A stretch of 59,832 nt of DNA from Candidatus Sumerlaeales bacterium (GTDB lineage Bacteria > Sumerlaeota > Sumerlaeia > Sumerlaeales > Sumerlaeaceae), in contig JBBSQY010000018.1 in assembly GCA_038243585.1 (NCBI GenBank), positions 1-59,832 of the forward strand, written 5' to 3'. Positions within the stretch are counted from its first letter, which is position 1, and the number at the start of each line of letters is the position of its first letter. This document shows positions 51,065 to 59,832 of this stretch, one piece after another. The notes under the pieces are model-generated. The model made no database searches, was not told the DNA's origin, and worked only from the letters and a program-made list of their open reading frames with translations. The position numbers were made by a program, and so were the translations under genes.

Positions 51065-52570
51065 ATGGCATTGTCTCTAAACCAAGTCCAAAAACAAACG
51101 CAACGTCTGATAATGACACCGCAGATGCAACAATCGATTCAACTTCTGCAAATGTCTGCTCAAGAGTTAGAGCAGCTGGCTGGCCAGGAGGTGATGGAAA
51201 ACCCATTTCTTGAAATAGCTGAAGATACTGAGGGTGAAGCAGAGCAAAAGACAGAGGCTGACAGCGCTGATCCCGCTTCCGATGAGAGTGTTATTGATTT
51301 CACCTATAGCGCACCGGAAAATGATGCACCACCGGAGCTTTCAGCTGAATCCTCCGAGCAGCAAGCTACAGATCAAGACCATTCGGCAGACGTAGACGTG
51401 AATTGGGAAGATTTTTACGGAGATTCAGACAGCCGCGTTTATACCCCCAGTGAACCGCAAGAAGAGGAGCGGGACTTTACTGATTTCGTAGCAGGTCGAG
51501 AGAACCTATACGATAGCCTACTATGGCAGCTCCATGTATGTGCGCTCGATAAAGATCAGGTTAAAGTTGGTGAGTATATCATAGGTAACCTGGATGATGA
51601 CGGATATCTGCGTGTTCCGATGGAGGAGCTGGCAGAAGACCTAAAGTGCAAAATCGAAGAAGTTGAGGGTGTACTGCGCGTTATACAGACCTTCGATCCT
51701 GTAGGGGTTGGGGCTAGAAATCTTGCCGAGTGTCTCAGGATTCAGCTGGAGAATCGCGGAGTTAAAGACAAGGTAACTCTAAATATTGTAGAACATTACC
51801 TTGATCTACTTCAAAAAAAGAAGTTTAAAGAAATAGCGAAAGAAGTGCAGGTTGATGAGCAAAAGGTGCGGGATGTATTTCATCAAATTGGACATCTTGA
51901 ACCTAAACCCGGCAGATCAGGGAATTCTGACGATGTAAAATACATACAGCCGGATGTCTTTGTTAAAAAAGTGGATGATGCCTATATGATATTTCTAAAT
52001 GAAGGCAAAACGAGTGGACTTCGAATTAACCGATATTATAGACAGCTTCTTCAGCAGCAGGCGGAATTTAACTCGAAGGAAAAAGAGTTCGCCATGGAGA
52101 AATATAAGTCTGCGGTCTGGCTGATAAAAAATATTGAAAAGCGAAAAAGCACGATCCTTAAAGTTAGCGAAGCCGTAATGCAGTTCCAGAGAGACTTTTT
52201 AGAAAAAGGGACCAGCGGTCTTTGTCCTCTGACCTTGAAAGAGGTGGCGGAAGTCGTTGGGATGCATGAGTCTACTGTTGCTCGTGTTACTACGAATAAA
52301 TATATAGAAACTCCACGCGGCATTTTTGAATTAAAATATTTCTTTAGTCCGGGTCTTGAAACGGAAAGCGGAGTCGATGCCAGCAGCACCAGCATAAAGG
52401 CACTGTTAGCAGAATTAATCGCTGATGAAAACCCAAAAAAACCATATAGCGATCAAAAGCTTGCCGAGTTGATTCGTGCAAAGGGCATTAACATAGCTCG
52501 ACGAACCGTGGCCAAATACAGGGAGCAAATGAAAATTCTTAGCGCAAAAATGCGAAAAGAAGTCGCGTAA
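51065..52570 (+). CDS. rpoN: RNA polymerase sigma-54 factor
   Basis: QRLIMTPQMQQSIQLLQ, ENPFLE, HESTVAR, RpoN box IARRTVAKYRE; likely start at the ATG at 51065. Confidence 0.97.
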   Translation: MALSLNQVQKQTQRLIMTPQMQQSIQLLQMSAQELEQLAGQEVMENPFLEIAEDTEGEAEQKTEADSADPASDESVIDFTYSAPENDAPPELSAESSEQQATDQDHSADVDVNWEDFYGDSDSRVYTPSEPQEEERDFTDFVAGRENLYDSLLWQLHVCALDKDQVKVGEYIIGNLDDDGYLRVPMEELAEDLKCKIEEVEGVLRVIQTFDPVGVGARNLAECLRIQLENRGVKDKVTLNIVEHYLDLLQKKKFKEIAKEVQVDEQKVRDVFHQIGHLEPKPGRSGNSDDVKYIQPDVFVKKVDDAYMIFLNEGKTSGLRINRYYRQLLQQQAEFNSKEKEFAMEKYKSAVWLIKNIEKRKSTILKVSEAVMQFQRDFLEKGTSGLCPLTLKEVAEVVGMHESTVARVTTNKYIETPRGIFELKYFFSPGLETESGVDASSTSIKALLAELIADENPKKPYSDQKLAELIRAKGINIARRTVAKYREQMKILSAKMRKEVA

Positions 52571-52571
52571 C

Positions 52572-53936
52572 TTATACTTTCGGTAGGAGGCAAGCCTCGA
52601 GAAAACTCAGGGCTGTATCTCCTCCTGTGTGGATTTCAACGTTAGCCCCAGCCATTTCTCCAAGTTCATCCAGACTCATGTTGTCAAGAAAGCGCTTATC
52701 CCAAGTCCTAAGTGCATTGGCGGGAATCAAATATCGGTCGTAACCAGGATTGGATTTAATTGCGGCTAAGAAATCAGCACCTGGTAGCAGTCCGGTCACA
52801 GTTATCCCCGGTCCAAAGAGGGAATTGGTTACACAAATGAGGTCAACGTGCAGTGGCGCAAGCCGTGCATTTACATCCTTAACCAAACGCCGCAGTACCT
52901 TTTTCCCCATGTGTGTTGTAATAGCCGCAACTTTAAGTTTCGACAGACTTGTTGACGCAATGTGCTCAAGAAGATCATCGATATTCTGGTAAAACCGATA
53001 ATACATTCCCACGCCATTTGCAAGCTGAGGTATTTCTGGATACTCATCGTAAGAGGGTGGTTCCAAATCCCCAATTAAAAAAAACTCGTCACTGGGAAAA
53101 ATTAGCGGATATCCGATAGCTGCAGAAGTTTTCTGTTGAACCTTAGCGCAAAAGCGCACAAATGCACGAGCGTATTCCGGAGTTACATCTTGCATTTGCG
53201 GTAATCGGCTCCGATGATCCGTAAGGCCAATCGGAACAACCGCAATGGATTCTAAATGCGGATAAAGTGTAGATAAATCAGCAACAGTCTCCTCTAATAT
53301 TTCTCCATCATTCACACCTGGACACAACACAATTTGTGCGTGAATATAGATGTTTTCGTCGGTCAGTTCCTTCAACATAGGAATAACCGGTTCAATATTA
53401 TTCTTTACCAGAAGCTGCTCACGAACGTCCTGCCGCGTAGCGTGGATGCTAAAAAACAAGGGGCTCAGTTTATACTCAATAATTCGTGTTTTGTCTGCAG
53501 GGGATAGGTTTGTACCCGTTATATAGTTTCCATATAAGAAAGACAGCCGGTAGTCTTCATCCTTAATATACAACTCCCGTCTCATGCCTTTTGGTAGCTG
53601 GTGCACAAAACAAAAAACGCAATTATTAGAGCAACGCCGAATTTCAAACGGCTCCAATTCAATACCCAGTCGCTGATCGAAAGTCTTTTTGACACGAGCG
53701 GTACGGGGTTGTTCTGCACCTTCTGGAAGCCACCGTACGTCAAGTTTTTCCGCTGATACGTGAAACCAGTAATCTAAGAGGTCATTAATCAAAAACCTGT
53801 TTAGAGACAACAGCCTGTCACCAACTTGAAGGCCAATGCGCGCGGCAGCGCTTCCGGGTTGCACTTCGGTGACAATAACTCCGCGATGAGCTGCTTCATC
53901 CATTTCTGGGAGAGCCTGTTTTTGCATTATAGACAT
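52572..53936 (-). CDS. PDZ + DUF512 radical-SAM-like Fe-S protein
   Basis: EVQPGSAA PDZ-like start; CSNNCVFCFVHQLP, KDEDYRLSFLYGNYIT, QLANGVG, FLDNM. Confidence 0.9.
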   Translation of the reverse strand: MSIMQKQALPEMDEAAHRGVIVTEVQPGSAAARIGLQVGDRLLSLNRFLINDLLDYWFHVSAEKLDVRWLPEGAEQPRTARVKKTFDQRLGIELEPFEIRRCSNNCVFCFVHQLPKGMRRELYIKDEDYRLSFLYGNYITGTNLSPADKTRIIEYKLSPLFFSIHATRQDVREQLLVKNNIEPVIPMLKELTDENIYIHAQIVLCPGVNDGEILEETVADLSTLYPHLESIAVVPIGLTDHRSRLPQMQDVTPEYARAFVRFCAKVQQKTSAAIGYPLIFPSDEFFLIGDLEPPSYDEYPEIPQLANGVGMYYRFYQNIDDLLEHIASTSLSKLKVAAITTHMGKKVLRRLVKDVNARLAPLHVDLICVTNSLFGPGITVTGLLPGADFLAAIKSNPGYDRYLIPANALRTWDKRFLDNMSLDELGEMAGANVEIHTGGDTALSFLEACLLPKV

Positions 53937-53983
53937 TATGCCTATATATCACCGTAAGCTGTGGAAATTTATCTGATGATCGA

Positions 53984-55885
53984 TCAACCGCCAACAGATG
54001 GAGGTCCGGTGCCGAGCAGCGGATCTGGGGTGTTAGAGAGCTCTTTAACTTTCTGAACCAAACGGTCAAAATCACGGTGTGCCGATGGACTTGTTCCGCG
54101 AACCGCAACAGCCATGTAAAGCAATCCACTTTGCTCATCATAATAGCACCAAACTTCCCTATACACAAGGATGAACGCTATTAAAGTACCAAAGATAATT
54201 ATCATACATCCGGTAAAGAGCCATGCAACGCTAGGATCTCTCATAAAACCTAAGAAGGTAACATGACCGTCTGTCATTCCCAGAAATTCAACTTGATACT
54301 GTCCCGGAATTGCTGCCTTGCTCAGGGACGAAGTAGTACTCTTAGTTTGTGCAGATGTAGACATTGCATCATCGTGTGCACGGGGAACTTCTGTTATCGT
54401 TTCAGATGTGGCATGAGTATCCGCCAGGCTATCCATACGTATATTTGCGCTTTTGAGTACAGTGTTGCTCATACTCAGCTCATGCAGCTGCCCTGCAGAA
54501 AGCCAAACTTCCTCGAGCTCGTCACCCGTAAGTTTTTCTTTAATTCTTAAACTTACTTCATAATCATAAAGCGTAGCAGTGGCGGTAGTTGATCCGGCTT
54601 TTTTGCGGTAGTTTTCAAAAGTTAATTCAACTTCGGGGTGGGGTTGACCCACTATCTTTTGAGCCTCCGGGTTTAAAAAAAGCCATGCGTAGCCATTTGG
54701 GCGACCGTTCTTAAACAACATGACCATTGCAGCGGGGTTTTCAAACTTTTCATCTTTCGTAGTGGGCTGCTTGTTTTCATCAAATGTGAAATTGGGAAAA
54801 AGCGCACCAATCATAATGCTATAGCGGCTATCGGCCAGTTCTTTTGCAAAAACCCTGGTATCTATTGGTATGGGAAGTTTTTCCGGCTGAATGGCGGTGC
54901 CGTTTTCTAAAATTTTCTGATTATCAAGGTCTAGAATATAATAATTCGTTTCAGGGGTTAGCGAATCCACCTGAATGAAGCGGGATTTGTCGTCAAGGCT
55001 TCGCAGTCGGACCGGGTCACCGGGCATCGCGTCAGCTTCAGTATAATGTCCTGTTTTAGTGTTTGTTATCCGGAATCTGCCACGCTTAATGCGTTCATTG
55101 GCGCTAAAACTATTTTGAGTTATTTTGTAGCCGTTATAAATAACCGGATTCGTCATGCTGACTTCATAAATACGGCGGTAATCTCCATCCGACAGCTCAA
55201 CAAGGGAGGCAAAACCTTTTGCGACTGTGCTGTGTGGGAAGTATTCCGCGTTGAAATCCAAGTTTCTTAAAGCAAAAGGCATTGCTACAGGTTTTAGGTT
55301 TTCGCCTGCAGGCTCCTTTAGCCTATCTTTTCTGGTTACGTAGGTAGAGCTAACCTGGCCTTCTGGCAAAATAATAGTCGCGTCATAAATTCCCCAGCCA
55401 AAGTCATCCGCCAGAATCCTGTAAAATCCTGCAGCCATTGTCCATAATAGGCCAATATGAATTATCGTAGCCCCAGCGCGACCGAAGAGTCCTTTTTGAG
55501 AATAAAAAGCCGTCCCACACGACTTGGACACCGTGAAGCCCTTCTTTAGTTCCCGGTCCAACTGCTCCACGGAGCCGGACCAGGGAAAGGCAATGGCGTG
55601 CCCGGCTCTTTCGTAAAACTTAGCGTTCTTCTGGAAATTGCGCTTCCTGCGCAAAGTAAGTGCAATATAGCTTTTCTCCCACGAGCATAGGCAAAGATTT
55701 ACCAAAAGCAAACCCATTAAGCCAAGGAACCACCACGTGTGGAACACGTACTCGCGACCGTAATCTACGCCAAGATCTTCATTTGAAGCAACAAGGGAAC
55801 CGGCAATACAGGAAGCGGCTACTAATCCGATTAACACAATGCCAAGATGAAGCGACGAAAGGAACTTAACTACTGAACGACCCAG
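53984..55885 (-). CDS. resB: Cytochrome c biogenesis protein ResB/CcsB family
   Basis: FLSSLHL.., VFHTWWF, NLCLCS, IIHIG, TNPVIYNGYKITQ, RDPSV followed by a TM helix; frame extends upstream of the track start (55837) to a CTG at 55885. Confidence 0.8.
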   Translation of the reverse strand: MGRSVVKFLSSLHLGIVLIGLVAASCIAGSLVASNEDLGVDYGREYVFHTWWFLGLMGLLLVNLCLCSWEKSYIALTLRRKRNFQKNAKFYERAGHAIAFPWSGSVEQLDRELKKGFTVSKSCGTAFYSQKGLFGRAGATIIHIGLLWTMAAGFYRILADDFGWGIYDATIILPEGQVSSTYVTRKDRLKEPAGENLKPVAMPFALRNLDFNAEYFPHSTVAKGFASLVELSDGDYRRIYEVSMTNPVIYNGYKITQNSFSANERIKRGRFRITNTKTGHYTEADAMPGDPVRLRSLDDKSRFIQVDSLTPETNYYILDLDNQKILENGTAIQPEKLPIPIDTRVFAKELADSRYSIMIGALFPNFTFDENKQPTTKDEKFENPAAMVMLFKNGRPNGYAWLFLNPEAQKIVGQPHPEVELTFENYRKKAGSTTATATLYDYEVSLRIKEKLTGDELEEVWLSAGQLHELSMSNTVLKSANIRMDSLADTHATSETITEVPRAHDDAMSTSAQTKSTTSSLSKAAIPGQYQVEFLGMTDGHVTFLGFMRDPSVAWLFTGCMIIIFGTLIAFILVYREVWCYYDEQSGLLYMAVAVRGTSPSAHRDFDRLVQKVKELSNTPDPLLGTGPPSVGG

Positions 55886-56023
55886 TTTAACACAACCTCA
55901 TCAGGATTTGCCGGTTGCAGCAACGCCGGCAATTTTAGCAAACATCGCAGCCTCGTAATCATTCGGTTATCCGCTTCAACAGTATAAAACCGAGGTGTGA
56001 TCAAACCACATGAATTAGTTTTC

Positions 56024-56596
56024 TTAAACGTTTTCGGCAAGCCAGCTGCTCAGAGCGCTTACTACTAGATCATTTCCGTCAGTCCCACGAACAATGAAAA
56101 AATCTACCCGCTTTGAATTCCTCCGAAAAAAGAATTCTGATTCCATGTGGGGGACAAGCAACGCGCGCTTACCACTCCGTAATAATATTATTACCGCACC
56201 TTTGGGATTCCCATGCACGTCAATATACCCTTCGATTGTGCGCAGCAACCCCGCCATTTTTAATTTTTCAATAACGGAGACTGCTGCAACATCTGCGGCC
56301 ACCATGTCCGAGTTTATTTCATTCTGATAGGGGATAGGAGTAGGTTCAACCGCAAAAGTAACAACTGTTTTACCAGGCTCCGACGCCAGTTCATCCTGCA
56401 AAAAAACTGAATCTCGTGAGTCGTGATTACTTGACGCTGCAGAAGATAATAGCGTCTGCTCAAATTCCATCTCCGCCAAATCTTCTCGGTAACGCTGTTC
56501 TTCTATGCGACGAGCAATAAATTTGATTCCTAGAACAGCTATTCCAAGAACCAACAGCGCCACCCCTATTGACCACGCATCAAAACGCATATCCAC
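56024..56596 (-). CDS. Hypothetical protein with N-terminal TM helix
   Basis: GGAGG RBS before GTG; TM helix, acidic linker, small globular C-terminal domain. Confidence 0.7.
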   Translation of the reverse strand: MDMRFDAWSIGVALLVLGIAVLGIKFIARRIEEQRYREDLAEMEFEQTLLSSAASSNHDSRDSVFLQDELASEPGKTVVTFAVEPTPIPYQNEINSDMVAADVAAVSVIEKLKMAGLLRTIEGYIDVHGNPKGAVIILLRSGKRALLVPHMESEFFFRRNSKRVDFFIVRGTDGNDLVVSALSSWLAENV

Positions 56597-56623
56597 CTCC
56601 CGGGCACTAGCTGCCTCAAATTC

Positions 56624-57517
56624 TCAAATATATAATATTAACACGACACTAGTTAACCATAGAATTACAACCAGCAGGAGTGACAGATCCTGAAAAAGAA
56701 GGATTTCCGGCGACCCGCCTTCATCTCTTTTATACACCAGATAGAGGTAGCGAAATATTCCGTATAGGACGAACGGCAAAGTCAAAACCATATAGCCTGC
56801 ACGCACCTGGCCTTGAACACCGAGCGTTACATACAACGCGTATGAAATAACCGTTGCCGTGGTGGCCACGTTTATCATCTGGTCGAGGAATAAAGGGGAG
56901 TAGTGTTCCAATACTGGTCGATGCGATCTTGCGTCATCAGATAGCAGTATTATCTCATGCCGCCGTTTGCAGATAACAACAAAGAGAGCTAAAAACATGA
57001 TGCATGTTATGAACCAGGGTGTAACTGTAATGCTCTCGCCCATATGCTCGATAGCAAATATACCAGCGACAGCGCGCATTACGAAACCTAGACTTACAAT
57101 CATAAGATCAAGTATCACTATATGCTTTAACCACACCGAATAAAGCACCATCATTGCCAGATAGGACAACGCTACAATTTGAAATCTAACACCAAATGAG
57201 CTAAACAATAAAACCATACTTACTACCGCGATGCATAGTCCTAGAGCCGAGGCAGTGGATTTAGATAATGAACCTGCGGCAATCGGCCGTTTGCACTTCA
57301 AGGGGTGGCTTCGGTCGGCCTCTGCATCTCTAATGTCGTTAACAATGTAAACTACTGATGATAAAAGGCAAAAAACAACAAACGCGAGGACCGCTTTTGC
57401 AACACGATCTGGCTCCGTGAAATGGTTTGAAAAAATAAGTCCGGCAAATATCAGCAGGTTTTTTGTCCACTGACGGGGACGGAGAAGTTGGATCATACTT
57501 AATGAAGAAGAGATCAT
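56624..57517 (-). CDS. UbiA family prenyltransferase (decaprenyl-phosphate phosphoribosyltransferase-like)
   Basis: LRPRQWTKN, YIVNDIRDAEADRSHPLKCKRPIAAG, KRRHE, YGIFRY; start likely the ATG at 57517. Confidence 0.88.
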   Translation of the reverse strand: MISSSLSMIQLLRPRQWTKNLLIFAGLIFSNHFTEPDRVAKAVLAFVVFCLLSSVVYIVNDIRDAEADRSHPLKCKRPIAAGSLSKSTASALGLCIAVVSMVLLFSSFGVRFQIVALSYLAMMVLYSVWLKHIVILDLMIVSLGFVMRAVAGIFAIEHMGESITVTPWFITCIMFLALFVVICKRRHEIILLSDDARSHRPVLEHYSPLFLDQMINVATTATVISYALYVTLGVQGQVRAGYMVLTLPFVLYGIFRYLYLVYKRDEGGSPEILLFQDLSLLLVVILWLTSVVLILYI

Positions 57518-57620
57518 AAGAAAAACGCCTGATATAAGTTTTACCGAGTTATCATCATTTGGGTAAAAACAACCTGACCGATGCAACGAAAATTTAATCG
57601 GGAAGTTAGTGGCTCATTTT

Positions 57621-58520
57621 CTAGGGCGCGGCATCGCCGCAGATGACTTTCCCGCGGATGACTTTGAGGGCAGTCTTAACATCGGTAAAGGCGATTAGGC
57701 GATGCGCAGTTTCTGAAATGAGTGACAAGTCGCGAGGGCGAGACTTGTGAATTGGATTACCACTTAGTTCATCGGCCTTTATCTGAGCTCGCTGCAGCCC
57801 ATATATATCCGCCGCACAGTACGCAAAATCCAAACGGGATAGACGTTCAGGTCCCCCAGCATGTACTAACCCTTGATGCTGTGTGGCGCAAAGTTTAATC
57901 AGGAGGGCTACGAGGTCGTTTATCCACACCGGGGTGCGAATTTCATCGGAAAAAAATCGTCCGTTTCCTGACCTGATTGTCTCAAGAGTCCAGGTTAGCG
58001 ACGATTTTCGTCCGTTGACTTCGGTGCCATAGATAAGCGAGGGCCTTACAACGCACCAAGCGCCGGGGTAATCTTGTACAAGTTTTTCTGCCTCCAGTTT
58101 GGTGCGGCCATACACGCTAATCGGCTCAGGTATGTCTTCTTCTGTATAGGTGCCTCGATTGCCGCTAAACACCATATCGGTGCTCACGTATAGAAAATAG
58201 GGGAGTGTTGCCTGACAGGCGGAAAGAAGGTTTGAAGTTGCCAATACATTACTTTTGTATGCCTCGTCGGGATTCGTTTCACAATCAGCTAGTCGGGCTT
58301 CTGCAGCGAGATGAATGACGGCAGAAATGGCCTGTCCGGCGAAAAGCGCCTCAACCTCAGATTTATGCGCAAGGTTCACGGAGATCCCACCCGCAACTTG
58401 GTGTGTATGGTATATGGGAAAAATACTACGCAAAAATATGGGCGTTGTGGAGGAGCTTTTGCTAACCTCCGCCATTAGATGACTTCCAACAAAGCCTGAC
58501 GCGCCGGTTATAAGGAGCAT
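57621..58520 (-). CDS. RmlD-like extended SDR oxidoreductase
   Basis: ITGASGFVG, HLAA, VSTDMVF, YGRTK, DEIRTP, RPRDLSL. Confidence 0.88.
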   Translation of the reverse strand: MLLITGASGFVGSHLMAEVSKSSSTTPIFLRSIFPIYHTHQVAGGISVNLAHKSEVEALFAGQAISAVIHLAAEARLADCETNPDEAYKSNVLATSNLLSACQATLPYFLYVSTDMVFSGNRGTYTEEDIPEPISVYGRTKLEAEKLVQDYPGAWCVVRPSLIYGTEVNGRKSSLTWTLETIRSGNGRFFSDEIRTPVWINDLVALLIKLCATQHQGLVHAGGPERLSRLDFAYCAADIYGLQRAQIKADELSGNPIHKSRPRDLSLISETAHRLIAFTDVKTALKVIRGKVICGDAAP

Positions 58521-58553
58521 CGGTTGTCCATCGGCATAAGATTTACGCTAAAA

Positions 58554-59465
58554 TCAGCTTTTGGGAACTGCAAACTGGTTAAGCCGATCAACTGCTGATC
58601 GCAATTTATTTGAGTTTGTATGAGTGTAAATCTGAGTCGACGTAATAGAGGAGTGGCCCAAAAGACTCTTGATCTCTAGGATGTCCACATCATTCATGTG
58701 AAGCAAGGTCGCAAAAGTATGACGAAGCTTATGTGGGCTGATGTTTTCTTTACCAATTCCGGCTATTCGGACATACTTTTGTACGATGTTTACAATCGAT
58801 CTTCCAGTCAAACGGCCGCCCTGACGATTGAGAAAAACCGCTTGAGGGTCGCCAGTAATGGGACGGACATCAAGGTATGTATTAACCGCGTTAAATACGT
58901 ATTCGTTCATTGGAATCAGGCGTTCCTTGGATCCTTTACCCATAACCTTTATGGTTCTGCGCTCTAGATCGATTGATGTTAAGTCCATACCAACCAATTC
59001 TTGGCGACGCATTCCAGTAAATCCAAGTGAAACAAGAATAGCGAAGTCTCTCTTCCCCATCACATCATTTTCGTTTGGAGCGCTCAGGAGCTTCTTAAGC
59101 TCGCTATCGATCAGATATATGGGAAGTTTCTTCGGAAGTTTCGGATTATGTATGAAAGCTGCCGGGCTGCTTTCCAGCATACCGTTCATCACACCAAACT
59201 CAAAAAGCACTCGTATGGACGCAATCACTCTAGATAGAGTTGTACTTTTATAACTTCTGGTTGATTGCAGGTAGTGGAGGTAATCTTTGATACTCTCCGT
59301 AAGCACCTTATCCAGGTCAGGTTCGCTGCCTTTGGTGCGAATCAGAAACTCCTTAAACTTCTGGAGATCGAACCGATAGGCTTCCCGGGTCGCAGGTGAA
59401 AGATTGCGTTCGACTTGCAGGTACCGGTCGAACTGTGCCATGGCAACAGACATTAAAAGCGACAT
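58554..59465 (-). CDS. xerC: Tyrosine recombinase XerC/XerD family
   Basis: ERNLSPAT..Y..DL, TGMR, GKGSKER, SPHKLRHTFAT, LLGHSSITSTQIYTH. Confidence 0.85.
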   Translation of the reverse strand: MSLLMSVAMAQFDRYLQVERNLSPATREAYRFDLQKFKEFLIRTKGSEPDLDKVLTESIKDYLHYLQSTRSYKSTTLSRVIASIRVLFEFGVMNGMLESSPAAFIHNPKLPKKLPIYLIDSELKKLLSAPNENDVMGKRDFAILVSLGFTGMRRQELVGMDLTSIDLERRTIKVMGKGSKERLIPMNEYVFNAVNTYLDVRPITGDPQAVFLNRQGGRLTGRSIVNIVQKYVRIAGIGKENISPHKLRHTFATLLHMNDVDILEIKSLLGHSSITSTQIYTHTNSNKLRSAVDRLNQFAVPKS

Positions 59466-59753
59466 CGAATATCCTCCGCAGGATGAGCATGAACTAACCA
59501 GGACCAGATGTCGGGTCGGTCACAGGTTTATAACGAATTGATAGACTCTTACCCACACGAGAGAAATAGCGTCAATGAAAATCTAACAGCGTGAGTAACT
59601 TACGACCCCTCAGGCTTTTCTAAAAGCCCGCACTAGATCGCACTTTCTCCAAAACTCCTCTCCCGCCCCTAAAATCGTGTATTTCCCAAACTTCCTTAAA
59701 TGTAAGTCTAAAGAATCTTTCCACAAATTATTGAAAATATTGGAGTTGAAAAA

Positions 59754-59832
59754 ATGGCATTACGTGAACTTCCTTTTCCTGTCGCTGGCGTCCTTGTTGA
59801 AATGCGCGATGATCAGTACACAAAAAAAGACA
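59754..59832 (+). CDS. Start of a gene running out of the window
   Basis: GGAG RBS, then ATG and an open frame MALRELPFPVAGVLVEMRDDQYTKKD to the window end. Confidence 0.55.
   Translation, partial: MALRELPFPVAGVLVEMRDDQYTKKD

Noticed and set aside
58554..59465. Phage or island integrase
   Set aside because: Size and motifs fit chromosomal XerC/D; there is no arm-binding domain, att site or mobile cargo
59540..59730. oriC from DnaA-box-like TTACCCACA and CTTTCCACA
   Set aside because: Only two imperfect boxes, with no dnaA context

Overview
This is a gene-dense bacterial chromosomal window of mostly housekeeping genes: ispH, metK, folE, der, nusB, ribH, trpF/trpB, dnaG, queG, metH, rsmG, ftsW, lpxI, ptsI, rpiB, glyA, rpoN, resB and xerC, plus tRNA-Lys(CTT), tRNA-Phe(GAA) and tRNA-Cys(GCA). 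The organism is probably a diderm (lpxI). The pilin-like family at 3.4-4.1 kb resembles those expanded in Ca. Sumerlaeota/BRC1, which is an inference. I found no CRISPR array, transposase, prophage or rRNA. Points of most interest: (1) a primase-type CHC2 zinc finger fused to TPRs with no primase core; (2) a strong, gene-independent C/A-rich, G-poor + strand zone around a GGAG-footed REP-like hairpin, with a second such hairpin near 38.2 kb; (3) an operon of a BH4-type PTPS (Cx5HGH), folE and a B12-radical SAM enzyme; (4) a nucleotidyltransferase/small-partner pair, largely missed by the ORF track, in which both genes appear broken; (5) a GH2 plus two sulfatases between a 5'-truncated gene remnant and tRNA-Phe, lying where trpA would be expected; (6) sigma-54 motifs upstream of rpoN itself and of two tiny secreted proteins; (7) a PilV/W/X-like minor pilin trio with a large PilX. 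All family calls come from motif recognition by eye, not database searches.
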